Source: Candidatus Omnitrophota bacterium (GTDB taxonomy: Bacteria; Omnitrophota; Gorgyraeia; Gygaellales; Profunditerraquicolaceae). Taken from it: a stretch of 64,000 nucleotides of DNA. Where the stretch lies: assembly GCA_026387475.1 (NCBI GenBank), contig JAPLLN010000049.1, positions 16,556 through 80,555 on the forward strand, read 5' to 3'. The notes under the pieces were generated by a model. It worked only from the letters and a program-made list of their open reading frames with translations, ran no database searches and was not told the origin of the DNA. Positions 12,001 through 24,000 of this stretch are shown here, in pieces (position 1 is the first letter of the stretch; each line of letters starts with the position of its first letter). A program made the position numbers and the translations under genes.

Positions 12001-15000
12001 CATACGGCACGCCGGTAGCTTCCACTGCTGCCCTTTGCACTCCCGCTTCAGCCGTATCCCCGAATAAGCCTACGCTACGGATAACCATAATATCCTTGAT
12101 TTCCGGAGCTTCTTTTAATAACGTCAAGGCAGTCGGCCCCAGAAGATGGAAATCGGAGATTACCAGGTCAAACTTCGGCTTGTTTTGATCTTTAATTCGC
12201 GTAACCGCAGTACCAAGGCTTGACGCTTCTTCAAATGTGGCGGTGATCCCGGATGCCTCTAACAGCTTTCTGACCCCCCGGATTGCAAAGTAAGCATCGT
12301 GCGGATTATCATCCACCACTAAAATGAGGACAGGAGAAGAAACAGCCTCCTTACCTATATTATTCGATAAGGAGACTGTTAGTTCTGTAAGTGGGGACGC
12401 TGCCATAGGCGCCTTCAGCCCGCTGTTTGATAAGATCTGCGAGGCCAGAGTCGAGGTCAACCCACTGTTCGCCACTTTGAGCTCGCACGCCACCATCGCG
12501 CCTAATGATGAAATTGTAGGTGTGGCCGCGCTCTTTAGCACATCCAAAGACAGTGCCATCGGAAGCAACAACAACGAAGTGAGTAAACTCAAGGCCAGTG
12601 TAATTTCTGCACATGGTACACCTCCTTGCATCAGTATAGTTGTAAGGAAGGCGAGGACGAGGGTCATTCCCTGGAGGAGGGTCGTCACATCGCCTCCCAT
12701 TACAACTTTAGCCGCGATTGTACCTATAATACCTGCCACGGTAAGAAATAGGCCAATAAGCGGCTGGTTAAAAGTCTTTAATATGGTTGTTACTAATGAA
12801 CCAAATGTAGGTGAGCTTGCAAAGGATAGAGCTTCGCTGCTTGAGGATAATATAGGTAAGGATTGTGATTTTGTTCCAGCTGGCGGATCGAGCCCAGTGG
12901 TGATTTTAACGGGATTTCCGGGTATTGAATTATGAAGGCGATTATTAATTCTACCGCTTAAGCCGGGCTTTTCTACTCCCTGATTAGACGCACCTGTCGC
13001 ACCACCGTTTCCGCTCTTTCCGGAACCTAAATTAAGCCTATTTTGAGTTGCACTCCGGGCACCTCTGGAATTTTGGTTTGCACTTCCAGAACCGACCGGA
13101 ACTACGTTTTCTTGAAGCGTAATTCTAGAACCATCAACTATACTAGATGAAGCCTGTTGCATTGACGCAATTATATCTGTGCTATTTTTCCTCTCTATTT
13201 TACTACCACGACCTGCGGGTGAGGAAACCGCAGCCGCGAGAGTAATACCGCCGGGACCGCGGGCATTGGCAAATCCGCCCACTGTACCAGCAATGTTAAT
13301 CGTCCCGCTTAACGCATTCATTGCTTCAAATCTCGGTAATATTATGGCTGAAGATGCCGTAGCTGCTATTGCACTGCTGCCTAATAATCCCACAACTGAA
13401 CCTACAGTAATTGGCAAGCGCGTAGGGCTTGAAGCCGGCAACACAGGAATAACAGGCCTGGTGGGTTGTTGAGATCCGCCATTGCCTTCACCCGGAACAC
13501 CCTGTCTAGGCCCGTTTCCGCCTGCTTGAGCCTTGAGTAATTTCAGCGCTAATTCTGCTACTTCCTTCATAGGAGAAGAGGCGCCTGATTGTGTATCCAA
13601 ACTAGCATTTGGCTCACCGCTCAAAGAAACAAGCCCGTCTTTATTAAGCAGGAAGGTGTCTTCTGAACGTACGCCTGCTACTAACGGCTCAATTGTAAAT
13701 ATCATCCCCGGCTTAAGTTCTGTTTCATCCGAGAATAAACCTTCGTGACCGGCTAAGCCGGTAAAATGACCCCAACTATATTTATCTAAATAATATTTAT
13801 TACCCGCAAATGCAGCTTTTATTGCTTCTTTAACCTGCCCCACTTGAGGTGCTCTGCCAGCAGCCATCTCTTGATTAATGAAATCTACAGCCGCCTGGCG
13901 CCCTTTCAAAGAAACTTGGTACATGCTTTCATATTTCTGATATAGAGTTTGCTTTGCGTCACCTTGCTTTGGAACAGGCCCTACCCAGAAAGCGCGGGTC
14001 ATATCGTTATTGTACTCGCCTTTCTGCGCTCCAAAGTCAATAACCACTATGTCGCCGGTAAGATCTATAAGATCATCATTAGGCTCAATATCCACATTGA
14101 CACTGCTTGCTTTGTTATTGTCTATCTCAGTGATTATGCGTTCTATATCTTTACTATTAAGAACGGTTACTGTGACTCCGCTGCCGAATCCGACAGCGCT
14201 CGCTCCCTCATTCTGAAGGAGGCCATTTATGTGTTGGGCCGGATCTCCAGAAATAAGCACCTTAATATCTTTCTTGCTCAACGGCTTCCCGGCTTCATGC
14301 GCCAATACCGCCGCCACTGCCGCCTGCATAACTCTTGCCCCTGTTTCGGAAGCGCCTTTTATGCCAGCTACCTGTTCAGGAGATTTTATCATACTAGTTG
14401 CGTCAACGCCCTGCTCGGCCTCTCCGATAGCCTTCTCTCTTTCGTTCTCTTCATAAACCCTGGCCAGTAATCCTAATTCGTCTTGGTTGGCCATATCATT
14501 TAAGGCCTTAACCGCCTTATCAGTATTTAAGCGGGTCTGCATGACCTTATTGGCATAGCCAACATAGCCTCCGGTCAATGCCGTTCTCTCGGTAGCCTGC
14601 AGAGCGAAATCATTTTCAGCTGCCCGGGCAGCAGCAATTAAACTATAGTGCTTGGTGATAACTTCGTTTACGCTTAATTCCTTTATGTTGAACTCAACAT
14701 TCTTAATCTCTTCCCCTGCACGTAACGATTTAATCTTAGCCAATATTCCGGCATACCGCGCCTGTGCTGCAGGTTCGCCTATCTTGGTCGCATCTCCCCT
14801 GATATTGCTAACTCCTATATGGTAAAGTTCGTGAGCGCCTTTACCAAAGTTAAAATGCCCCAAGAGATTGGTTTCCGCTACCAAAGCATCATCCTTAACC
14901 CTGAATGCAAAGTTAGCCAATGCATCTATGCTGACATTATAGCCAATAACACTACCGTCAGCCGCACTTACAGGACTCGCCTGGGCAGTGGTGGTCCGAT

Positions 15001-18000
15001 TATTTGGACCCTTCAGCTGACCAGAAGGAACAATCTTAACGGTGATTGGCTTACCGGCATCCCAATTAGGCCCCATATCTCTGCGTACTACAGCCTTACC
15101 CAGCTCCACTGCTTCACTGGCTATCGCCCTTAATACTGGCTCCAATGCTTTAAATACCCTATAGAAAGGAGAGTTGTTATTAAGAGCCTGTAAATCGGAT
15201 AACGCTTTTGCTAATTCTGCGCTAGGGGCACCTGCTGCTTTAATTCTGTTATTCACGAAGTTAATCGCTTCGCTAAGATTAAATATATCATTATCTCCGC
15301 TAATCAGGCTAGCTATAAAGTCAGGCTGCAGCAATCTCACGAAAGCATCCCTAACCTCTTTATTCATCTTATTATCGGGATCATTCTCAAACTCCTCAAC
15401 CTGGTCGAATTTCAATCCATATTCAAACTCGGGGTTAATCCCTAATTGCCTAAGACCTAAATGCGCATCGCCGCCTAAAACCTTTCCTGCAACTTTTGCA
15501 ACAACAGTATACGGAACTGATTCTCCCGGCAAGCTGGCAAGCATAGGCAGAATTTGCTTAATAGCAGCGGCGAGCTTCTTAACAGTCCTGATGTTTTGAT
15601 CGACGCGCAGGGCGATCTCTTCCGGATGTTCGGCATAATAGATCAAATCAGTCTTCTTTACCGTACCCCTGCTTCCCATAAAAGCGATTAGCGCTTTTGC
15701 GCCTTCTCTTGCAATCGGATTGCCTCCGGAAAGAACGCCGCTTAAGAACTGGGCCCGGGCTAACGGATCGCTGACTAACTGCACATACTCCCATATTGAT
15801 AATTTCTTTAAAGCCCTCGGCCTGGCATATTCAGATAACAGCGAGAATGTCTCTCTGTATATTATTAACTGCAACGGCCCCAGATTAGGAATGACCAACG
15901 GCATCAACTCAACCACAGGCACCTTGACCTTATCCGCAACCTTTTGGAGATCCCTAAGGTTTCCGGCTTTGAAAAGGTTAGTGTCGTAATCCGCGTTTAC
16001 CTTATCCAGCGCCCGCGCCAGGCCCCTGTTACTTCCTACCAGATTACCCTGCACAAATTCCGCAGGAGTAAGCGCGCCAACCTGCAAGGCCCTTAATGAC
16101 CTATCGAAATTATCTCCGGCAAGATTCAATCTTCCGTTAAACGGAGCGACTATGTTTGAAGCCCATAACAACGAATCCACGTTCTGCTGATTGTAATTTG
16201 TAAAGTCAACCTTTCCGGCCTGAACTAATGCTAAAGCGAGCTCAAATGCCTCTCTATCTGAATCTTCCGATTTCTGAGCCACTAAGGAGATTTGATTATT
16301 CGGCTCCGGCATGCCTATAGAAGGCAAAAAGCCATTCAAAGCCTCTCTTGAAACCGTAGGCAGCCTTTGCAAATACTGCATCGTGTGATTTAACCCTCCG
16401 TTGGCAAGGAGGAAATCTCCCTGGAATATTCTTGCCTGCACTTCAGTAGGCAAGCTTCCTAATGCCGCTTGGCGTTCCGGGCTAAGTTCGCTTACCCTTG
16501 CCGGACCGATCTTTGTGCCCGGGACTCCCTTGTCTTGTGCGGCTACGGTATAGCCACCCTTATAAAATGCCGGAGCCATATAAGGATAATCTTCCGGCTT
16601 ATCAAACTTAAAGTCTAAAGTACGCTTAACCTGCTCCGGAGTCTTCTGATGACGGACAGCCTTAGTCTGCGCTTCCTCCACCAATTCAGGATTAGCTTTA
16701 TCAGTATTAAATAAATACTTATCCAATATTCTCTGGGCTTTTTTATTTAAGCTATCATAGTGTTCGGTCCAGAACTTAACTAGCCTCTCTTGCCCGTGAT
16801 TAACCGCATTATTCATTGTGTCTGTGGTTAGCTGTTCAGCTCCTCTTAAATTCTGGAATTGCCATTCAGCATCATCTTTTTGCCAGACTTCATGCGCTTT
16901 CTCAACCTCGCGCCTTATGGAAGAATCAGCCCCGATAATCTCGTTGTTGAATTTATAGGGGCTTTCAAATATTGCGTCCATAGCCTTTTGATAGCGCTCC
17001 CTCTTGGAGGATTCTCTCTGGTTTTCCGCAAACAATACTTCGATGTCCGTCCGGCTATCGACTCCCCTGATTGTTAATTCTCTGTCTATGCTATCGAAAC
17101 CTTTCCCGTTTGCCGGCCTCACGCGCTTTGACATCTGGTCTATTTCTTTGGTTGTACTCTTAGAATCAGCTATTGTCCTCTGAATAGGAGCGTAAGCAGT
17201 GGGAATATCCGCAAAGTCTATGCCGTAAGCGTAAGCGCGTGAAATGAGCACCTTGACCTTAAGCCCGTTTCTGGAATCCAATAAATTTGCGATTTGTTCT
17301 TTAATCGGAAGATCCCCATCCTCCATCTTCTTTGCCTTATTCCAGCTTTCTCCTGGCCTAGCTATGCGATATTCGCCATTCGGTTCAAGGATTATTCTTG
17401 TCCAGCTTGTATCAGCAACAAACGCAACCCTGGTCTCATTCCAATTAGCGTCCTTCTGCGTATCACCAATTACCTCATTCCTCCCCTTGCTTTCCGCTTG
17501 TTGATCGTACCTATTCATTAAATCTTGCGTGGGCATGTTTCCTACAAATACTCTTTCTCTGGCGGTAAGATGTTTTAAGTCCGGTATTAAAGGTTTCCCT
17601 ACTAACTCTACCCCTACCATAGCATCGAGCGTAGCCATATCCTCTGCTGTCTGCGGACCGGATAATAAAAGAGTAGCTTTCAAGCCTAATTTCTGCGCAG
17701 CATTTAACACCTCTTCAGTAGTAATTCTTGCCCCTCTCTCCTGAACCTGTACATCGCTTACCTCTACACCCTTGCCCCAATCCACTCCGGCATCTCTTGA
17801 TTTCTCGGCCAAGATAGCAGCATCTGCTACTGCCTCCATAATATTAGACGTTCTGACGCGATGCGCTTTACCGTTTTCCGGTAAGGGGATTATTGCTCCG
17901 TCATAATCAATAAAATAATCTAACCCACTTATCTTTACCCTCGCGCCTGCGTTAGCTAAAAGCGCTGCGATCTTCTTAAGCCCATCCGGTTTTGTCCTTA

Positions 18001-21000
18001 ATTCAGAGAGAGACTCTACTTTTTCTTCCTGCAGAAATTGCTTCAACAACGCATCATTAATATGCGTTACCCTTAATTCCTGCAGTACCGGCTTGCCATT
18101 ATCTTCTGCTTCAACTAATCTGGTCCTTAACGCGGCATATTCTCCGTTCTCGGTAGCGGTAGACGAACCAAAAAGACTATCCATGAACTTCTGTGCTTTA
18201 TCTCTTAATTTAAATTGGGCCTCTTTATCCTGCTCTTTGACGGCAAATGAGCCTTTACCCGGTTTACTTATCTGCAGAGCCGGTTCTTCCGCCCAGTCAG
18301 TATGGATTAATAAACCATTCTTGGCCAATTTCTGTAGAAGCGTATCCGCAGCAACATCCTTCTCCCTGATGCCTGTCAAATGCTTTAAATCCTCATCTAC
18401 TACAACAACGATTTTCTTACCTTTGATATCTCCCTGTATTCCTTTATCTGTAAATTCAACCCTGCCGATAAGCCTGCCCTTACCCATATTATTTAAGGCC
18501 TTTGATATCAGGCCAAGGGTCTGATTAGCATGCTGATAGCTGCCTTCTAAGATTATCAGCCTCTCTGTATTACCAAGCTTCCCTGCCTCTAATAGCGCCA
18601 GAAACATTACGACAGATGCTGAACTCTTACCTGCGTCTTGTAACTCTTGCAGTGAATAAACCTTTCCATCCGGCGAAAGTGAATACCGCTTCGCAAAATC
18701 TGCTAGATTCCTAGCTAACCTTTGCTGATTCTCATTTTTAAATGGTGCGAATGGATTGCTAGGATCACCCTTACGATATGCTTTACGGAGAGCTTCTTTC
18801 ATAAGCTTCTGGTTTTCGTTTACTGCCTTTTCACCGAATATCTCTGCCGCTCTATCCCTGATAGCCTGATCTACGGTCAGGGTCTTTGCTTTCCTAATCA
18901 CCCCGCCGCCATATTTTACCTCTTCGTTATTCTTGGCCCGAGCAATAAGAAGTAGTGTCGGAAGATTTAACCTTCCCAGAATTTTCTCAACATCCGCCGT
19001 AACCTTTCCCAGCCTATCGGCGTCTGGCTTGGCGCCATTCTCGAAACCAAACATTCTTTCAGCGAATATCGGCTTAGGGAGGCCTTCATTTATAATAGGT
19101 AAGGTGTCTACCGGCTGCTCGACTCTAACTGCCCTCTCCGGCGCATCAGGCTTAGCTGCATCATAAGCATCTCTATGTATCAACGAATCAAGTCTCGCAG
19201 ATAAATTGTTCACTCTGCCTATATCAGTTAATTCCGGGCTTCCGGCAGCTCTATCCAATAAATTTCCTAAACGGGTACGGACGGGTATACGCCCTGCCCA
19301 ACCTATTTCAACTTCCGGCTCTCCCTTATTAGAATCATTAAGAGAAACCGCTTCTTTAACTACATTATTATCAGACCTGCCTAATATCTCACGCGCCGAA
19401 TCTGTCCCGGTGCTTGTAATTTTCGGCGTAGCAATACGTTCAATAGCTTCACCAACAACATTGCTAACATGTCTCATGCCAACTACATTACCATCCCTAT
19501 TAAATATTAATGAATTGGCGCGCGAAACTTCCGTAGGCGCAAGTATGCGGCTTGCATGTGGGAATATTTCTCTTAAACGATTAGCCATATTATCAGCGGC
19601 GCCTTTGCCTTCTCCGGTAGAGCAGCTTTCAAGAACAATAACTCCCCCTTGAGCAAGCCTATCGCTTATTTCTCTAAGCCTGCCTACATTTGAAAGGTTT
19701 AATTCGGAGCTACTGCTAAGCTTCACTGATTCGCTTGTCCCATGCCCGCCTATAACGATTACTTGAGCAGGCCCATCTGCTGTTTCTGCCTTAACTCTAG
19801 CGATTAACGCATCTACACCACCGACTCTGCCAGCGGTTACTGTGTAGCCGTTCCGGGATAATGATTCAGCAAAAGGTGCCGGGCTTCTGAATGCGCCATT
19901 ATGATCTGCTTCTCTGGTAGGATAAACAATAACTGCCCTGCCATTACTTTCTAATTTATAAAGCCAGCGGGAAGGAATGACTCTTTCTAAAGCTGCGACT
20001 GCTCTCTGCCTGAAAGTAAGCGCTGGAGCCGGGGCCTGCGCATTTAAAGTAGCCTGATGTTCAAGAAGGGTTAATTCGCGCCCTCTAAGTACCGGCATCT
20101 GCCAAGTATCTCTAACTCTCTGCTCATATTCTCTACCCAGCGGGCCTTCCCAATGTACTGCGCCGCCAATATCTCCTAGCTGCCCAGGGGTCGCGTTCTC
20201 TAAATTGTAAGTAAGGCGGCCTAATGCCTCTATTATTTCATGATGCACAGTCCATTTTGCATCAGCATCGCCTTTTCTTGCGGCATTATAAACGCCTTCG
20301 GTAATTACGACTAACGGCCTTCCGTTGATATCCAAACCGCCAACTCCGCTATGCTTACCTAATATAAGGGCATCACCTAAAGCTATATAATGATCCACCC
20401 CTTGGGCATCAGTACCAAGATATCTTACCCCTCTTGCGTCTAAATGCGCTTTCAAATCACCCGCGCTTACTTCTCTACCCCTGCCGCCTACACGACCATC
20501 TTTAAAAGTCGGTGTCGTAGGCTTGGCTTCTGTTAACTGCCTGTTTATTTCTTCAACAAACGCTTTAAACTTTGCTGCTTCAGCTTGTTTTTGTTCGCGA
20601 CTTGATGGCCAAATGAAAAATCCATCTGCCTCTTTTTGAAGCTTTTCAGCTTGAGCATTTAATCTAGCTAAAAGTTCCTCGCGTTGCTTGCCTTGCGCTT
20701 TAAGTACAGATTTTAGCACTCTTGTTTGAGCCGCATCAAATATAACTGCCGGGGCTGCTGGCTTCGCTGATGCAGGAGCTGCAGCCGCTGATGCCAAAGT
20801 TTGCCTACCTTGCTTTACTACGCCATCAATCTCTGCTAAAGCGCGGCCAATATTAGGATTCGAAGCAATTTCGGTTCCGTGTTTATCCCTAAAAGCTTTA
20901 ACAGCTGGCTCTACTCTATCAAGGTAAACAGATAGTGTTTCATTGGGCTTACTCTTAGTCGCTTCTGTAAAGATTTCAAAATCCCTGAATAATTCCATGA

Positions 21001-24000
21001 CTCGTATATGTCCATTTATCAACGCATCTACTTTTTCTACGAGACGGATAGTTCCAGGTTCTTTGGACTGTCTAAGCTTACCTACTTCTTGCGCTAACCT
21101 ATTATAGTATGCGATCTTTTCGTCGCGGCTGGCGCCTTCCTGCGGCTTTTGCTCAATTAACGCTTGAAGGGGTTTTAATTCACTTCCGGCTGATGCCAAT
21201 CTACCTCTGGCTTCCGCGATAGCTTCTTGAAACTCTCTTGCTGCCTTAGCAATTTCAGAATCCGGATGCGGGTTGCTTGCTTGAATTATTTTCAGTTGTG
21301 CCTCTACTCTATCCAAAGAGGCAACCAAGACAGACCCACCTTTCGTTTTCATGTCCAAGAAAGCACTCTTAATTTCAACAAAACACGTATTTAATTCCGG
21401 TTTTGCGGCGAGTTCGGAGTCAAGTCGCTCCATATTGATTGGTTCAAGCCCTTTGGGAGCTAAAACAGAAGGATTAGTCACTTTGACTTCGGTCGCAGGC
21501 TTGCCTTCAGCAGGCGCGCGCAATTGCGCAATCGCAGCTTCAATTTCTAGTACTATATACGAATGCGCATCATTTCTATGTGCTTCGGCTGCGCCCTGAA
21601 GCGCTTTTATAGCAGCTTCTGTCGGGTTTTGAGCATCTCCTCTTGCTTCTACAATCGGAGTCCCTCTGTCATCTTTAATGACAACAGAGAATTTTCCATC
21701 ACTAATAACAACAGAAAATTTTCCATCCCTGGCGTTTATTTTTACGCGTGAAGGCTTAGGCGCCTCAACTTCAGGCGCCGGCGCAGGAGCAGCCGGAGCA
21801 GACGCTTCAACTTTAGGCGCAGAAACAGGAGCTGCGGGCTTGGCTTTAGTATTATCAACTACTACTCTTTCTCCCGGCCCGACATCAACTCTTACCTTCT
21901 GCCCAGTTAAATTTGCATCTCCGCGTACCTCAAGGCTTGCGCCCGGCGCGACATTAACCTCGACATTACTATCAATAACGCTGGAGTTCCCCTTACCAGT
22001 AATTTCCCCTTGATTGTTTACTCTCACGGCAGACGGATCAACAAAAGACTTCCCGCCGCTAGCCATACTACCCTGATTATTAATATCTACCGTTGAGGGA
22101 TCATTTAACGGTATGTCTAACCGGCCTCTCGTCGGAAGATTACCTGCTATCCTTACTGTTCCGCCGCCCATACCCGGAGCTGGAGGCGAAGCCTGTAATG
22201 CCGCAGTTTCCCGATAGACATCTAATAACTGCCTCGTATATCCGCGATTTCCATCTTCTGTAACACCAGCCTCATTACGATTCCTGCTTCCATCTGCTTC
22301 TGGCGTAACTCCTGTAAGCCTATTAGCTACTCCAACCAATCCTTCATGATTACCTGTTGCTAAATGCTGTGCGAATTCATTATAAAGCCCTTCTTCTCCC
22401 GGACGAGCCGGACCATAGAAATTCTCAACAACTCTCCGGGCAATTGACGGCGCAGAAACCGGAGATACTACCGGCTGCTCAATCCTAATAGAGCCGTCCT
22501 GGTTAAATACAACCGGACGGCCGCTCAAATCACCTGAAACAGGCTCATTATGCGGGCCGACTGCGGTTACAACTACATCACCGATCTTAACGCCATCAGG
22601 ACCATGCACAGCAACCGTATCCCCAACCTGATATATAGGATTAAGAGCGCCCTTGCTATCAATAGACACTCTCTGGCTGACCCCGGCAGTATTAGTAACT
22701 ACGCCTTCTACGGGTTTACCATCATTACCAAGCCTTGTATATTTAACTTCTCCGGCGGGATTACCCGTGCTATCCCTTAGGGGAACAACACCTCCAACCT
22801 GATAAATAGGACTAAAACTACCATTACCGCTTATAGAAACCCTACTCGTCTCTCCATCGGCATTAGTAAATATCCCTTCTGTAGGCCTGCCGTTATGGTC
22901 GACTTTCGTATACTTAATTTCCCCCGAGCTTTCACCCGTGGCCCTATCTGTTAAAGGTACAACATCCCCTTCTCTCACGTTCCCTCTAGGAGACAAATCA
23001 GGATTATTAACAAAAAATTCCTTGCGCTTTGATTCATTCGGAATAGTAGCTGCCGCCATCTGGCCGACAGCCCTACCCTCTGCTTGAGACAAGGTATCGC
23101 CTCTTGAGACATCTCCCGTCATGGTATAAGGGGCCTTACTGAAGGCGATCATTACATTGGTAGGCATAAGCGCTGCTCCTACTCCCTCCTGGTAAACATT
23201 AAGTATCTTCCCAGCGGTACCAGTTTCGCCTCCACCTGCTTCGCCCTCACCGCGGCCTCTTCCCGTAGCCGCCCTTGCGCCCGGAGCGAGAAGCAGCATA
23301 TTACCTATTGCGTAAGAGATGCTCTCATAAGTCCTCTGGGGAACGATATTACCTTTCCCTGTAGGATCAACCCAATCGCTTATAGTCTGACCCAGTAATC
23401 CGCCCTTGATCTGGTCAGCAAGATAGCCCTGATAAAATCTTCCGGAATCTTTTGCTCCGCCCTCAAGAAAATGCAGACCCGCATCACCTATGGAAGTAGC
23501 GAATGAAATCATAGCAAAGGCATTCTTAGCATTGCCTTGAGCAAAACCTAATCCGGCAAGCGCCATGCTGCCATACCAGCTCTGGCCGGAGGCCCATCCT
23601 TCGGAAGTAAGCTGCGCCACATCGCGGACTGTATTAGGAAGGAAGCTTGCGAAGCCCGGCAAAGATCTTACCATCTGTGCAGGCATGCCTAAAACCCACC
23701 CAGCATACGGTATGCCCTCAACGTAACTGACCTTGTCTGTAAGTGATTTGTTGTATGATTTATGGAAACCTCCGGCAATATTTGAATAAACCTCGCCGCT
23801 CTCTCTATCTCCTATAATATAACTGCCTGCGCTTGCGAATAAAGAAGCGACCGAGCGCGAATAATCCCTCCAAACATTTCCTCCTGAAACATCCGCACCG
23901 CCCTTACCTGATATATAGGCGGCCTTCATCATTTGTCCATCTGTAAAATATTTTAAGTCGGCTACTCCTGAAGCAAGCCCGGATACGGTTAATAACGGCA

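Noticed and set aside
21680-21730. 27-bp tandem duplication (DGKFSVVI x2)
   Set aside because: A small in-frame slippage duplication with no evident function.
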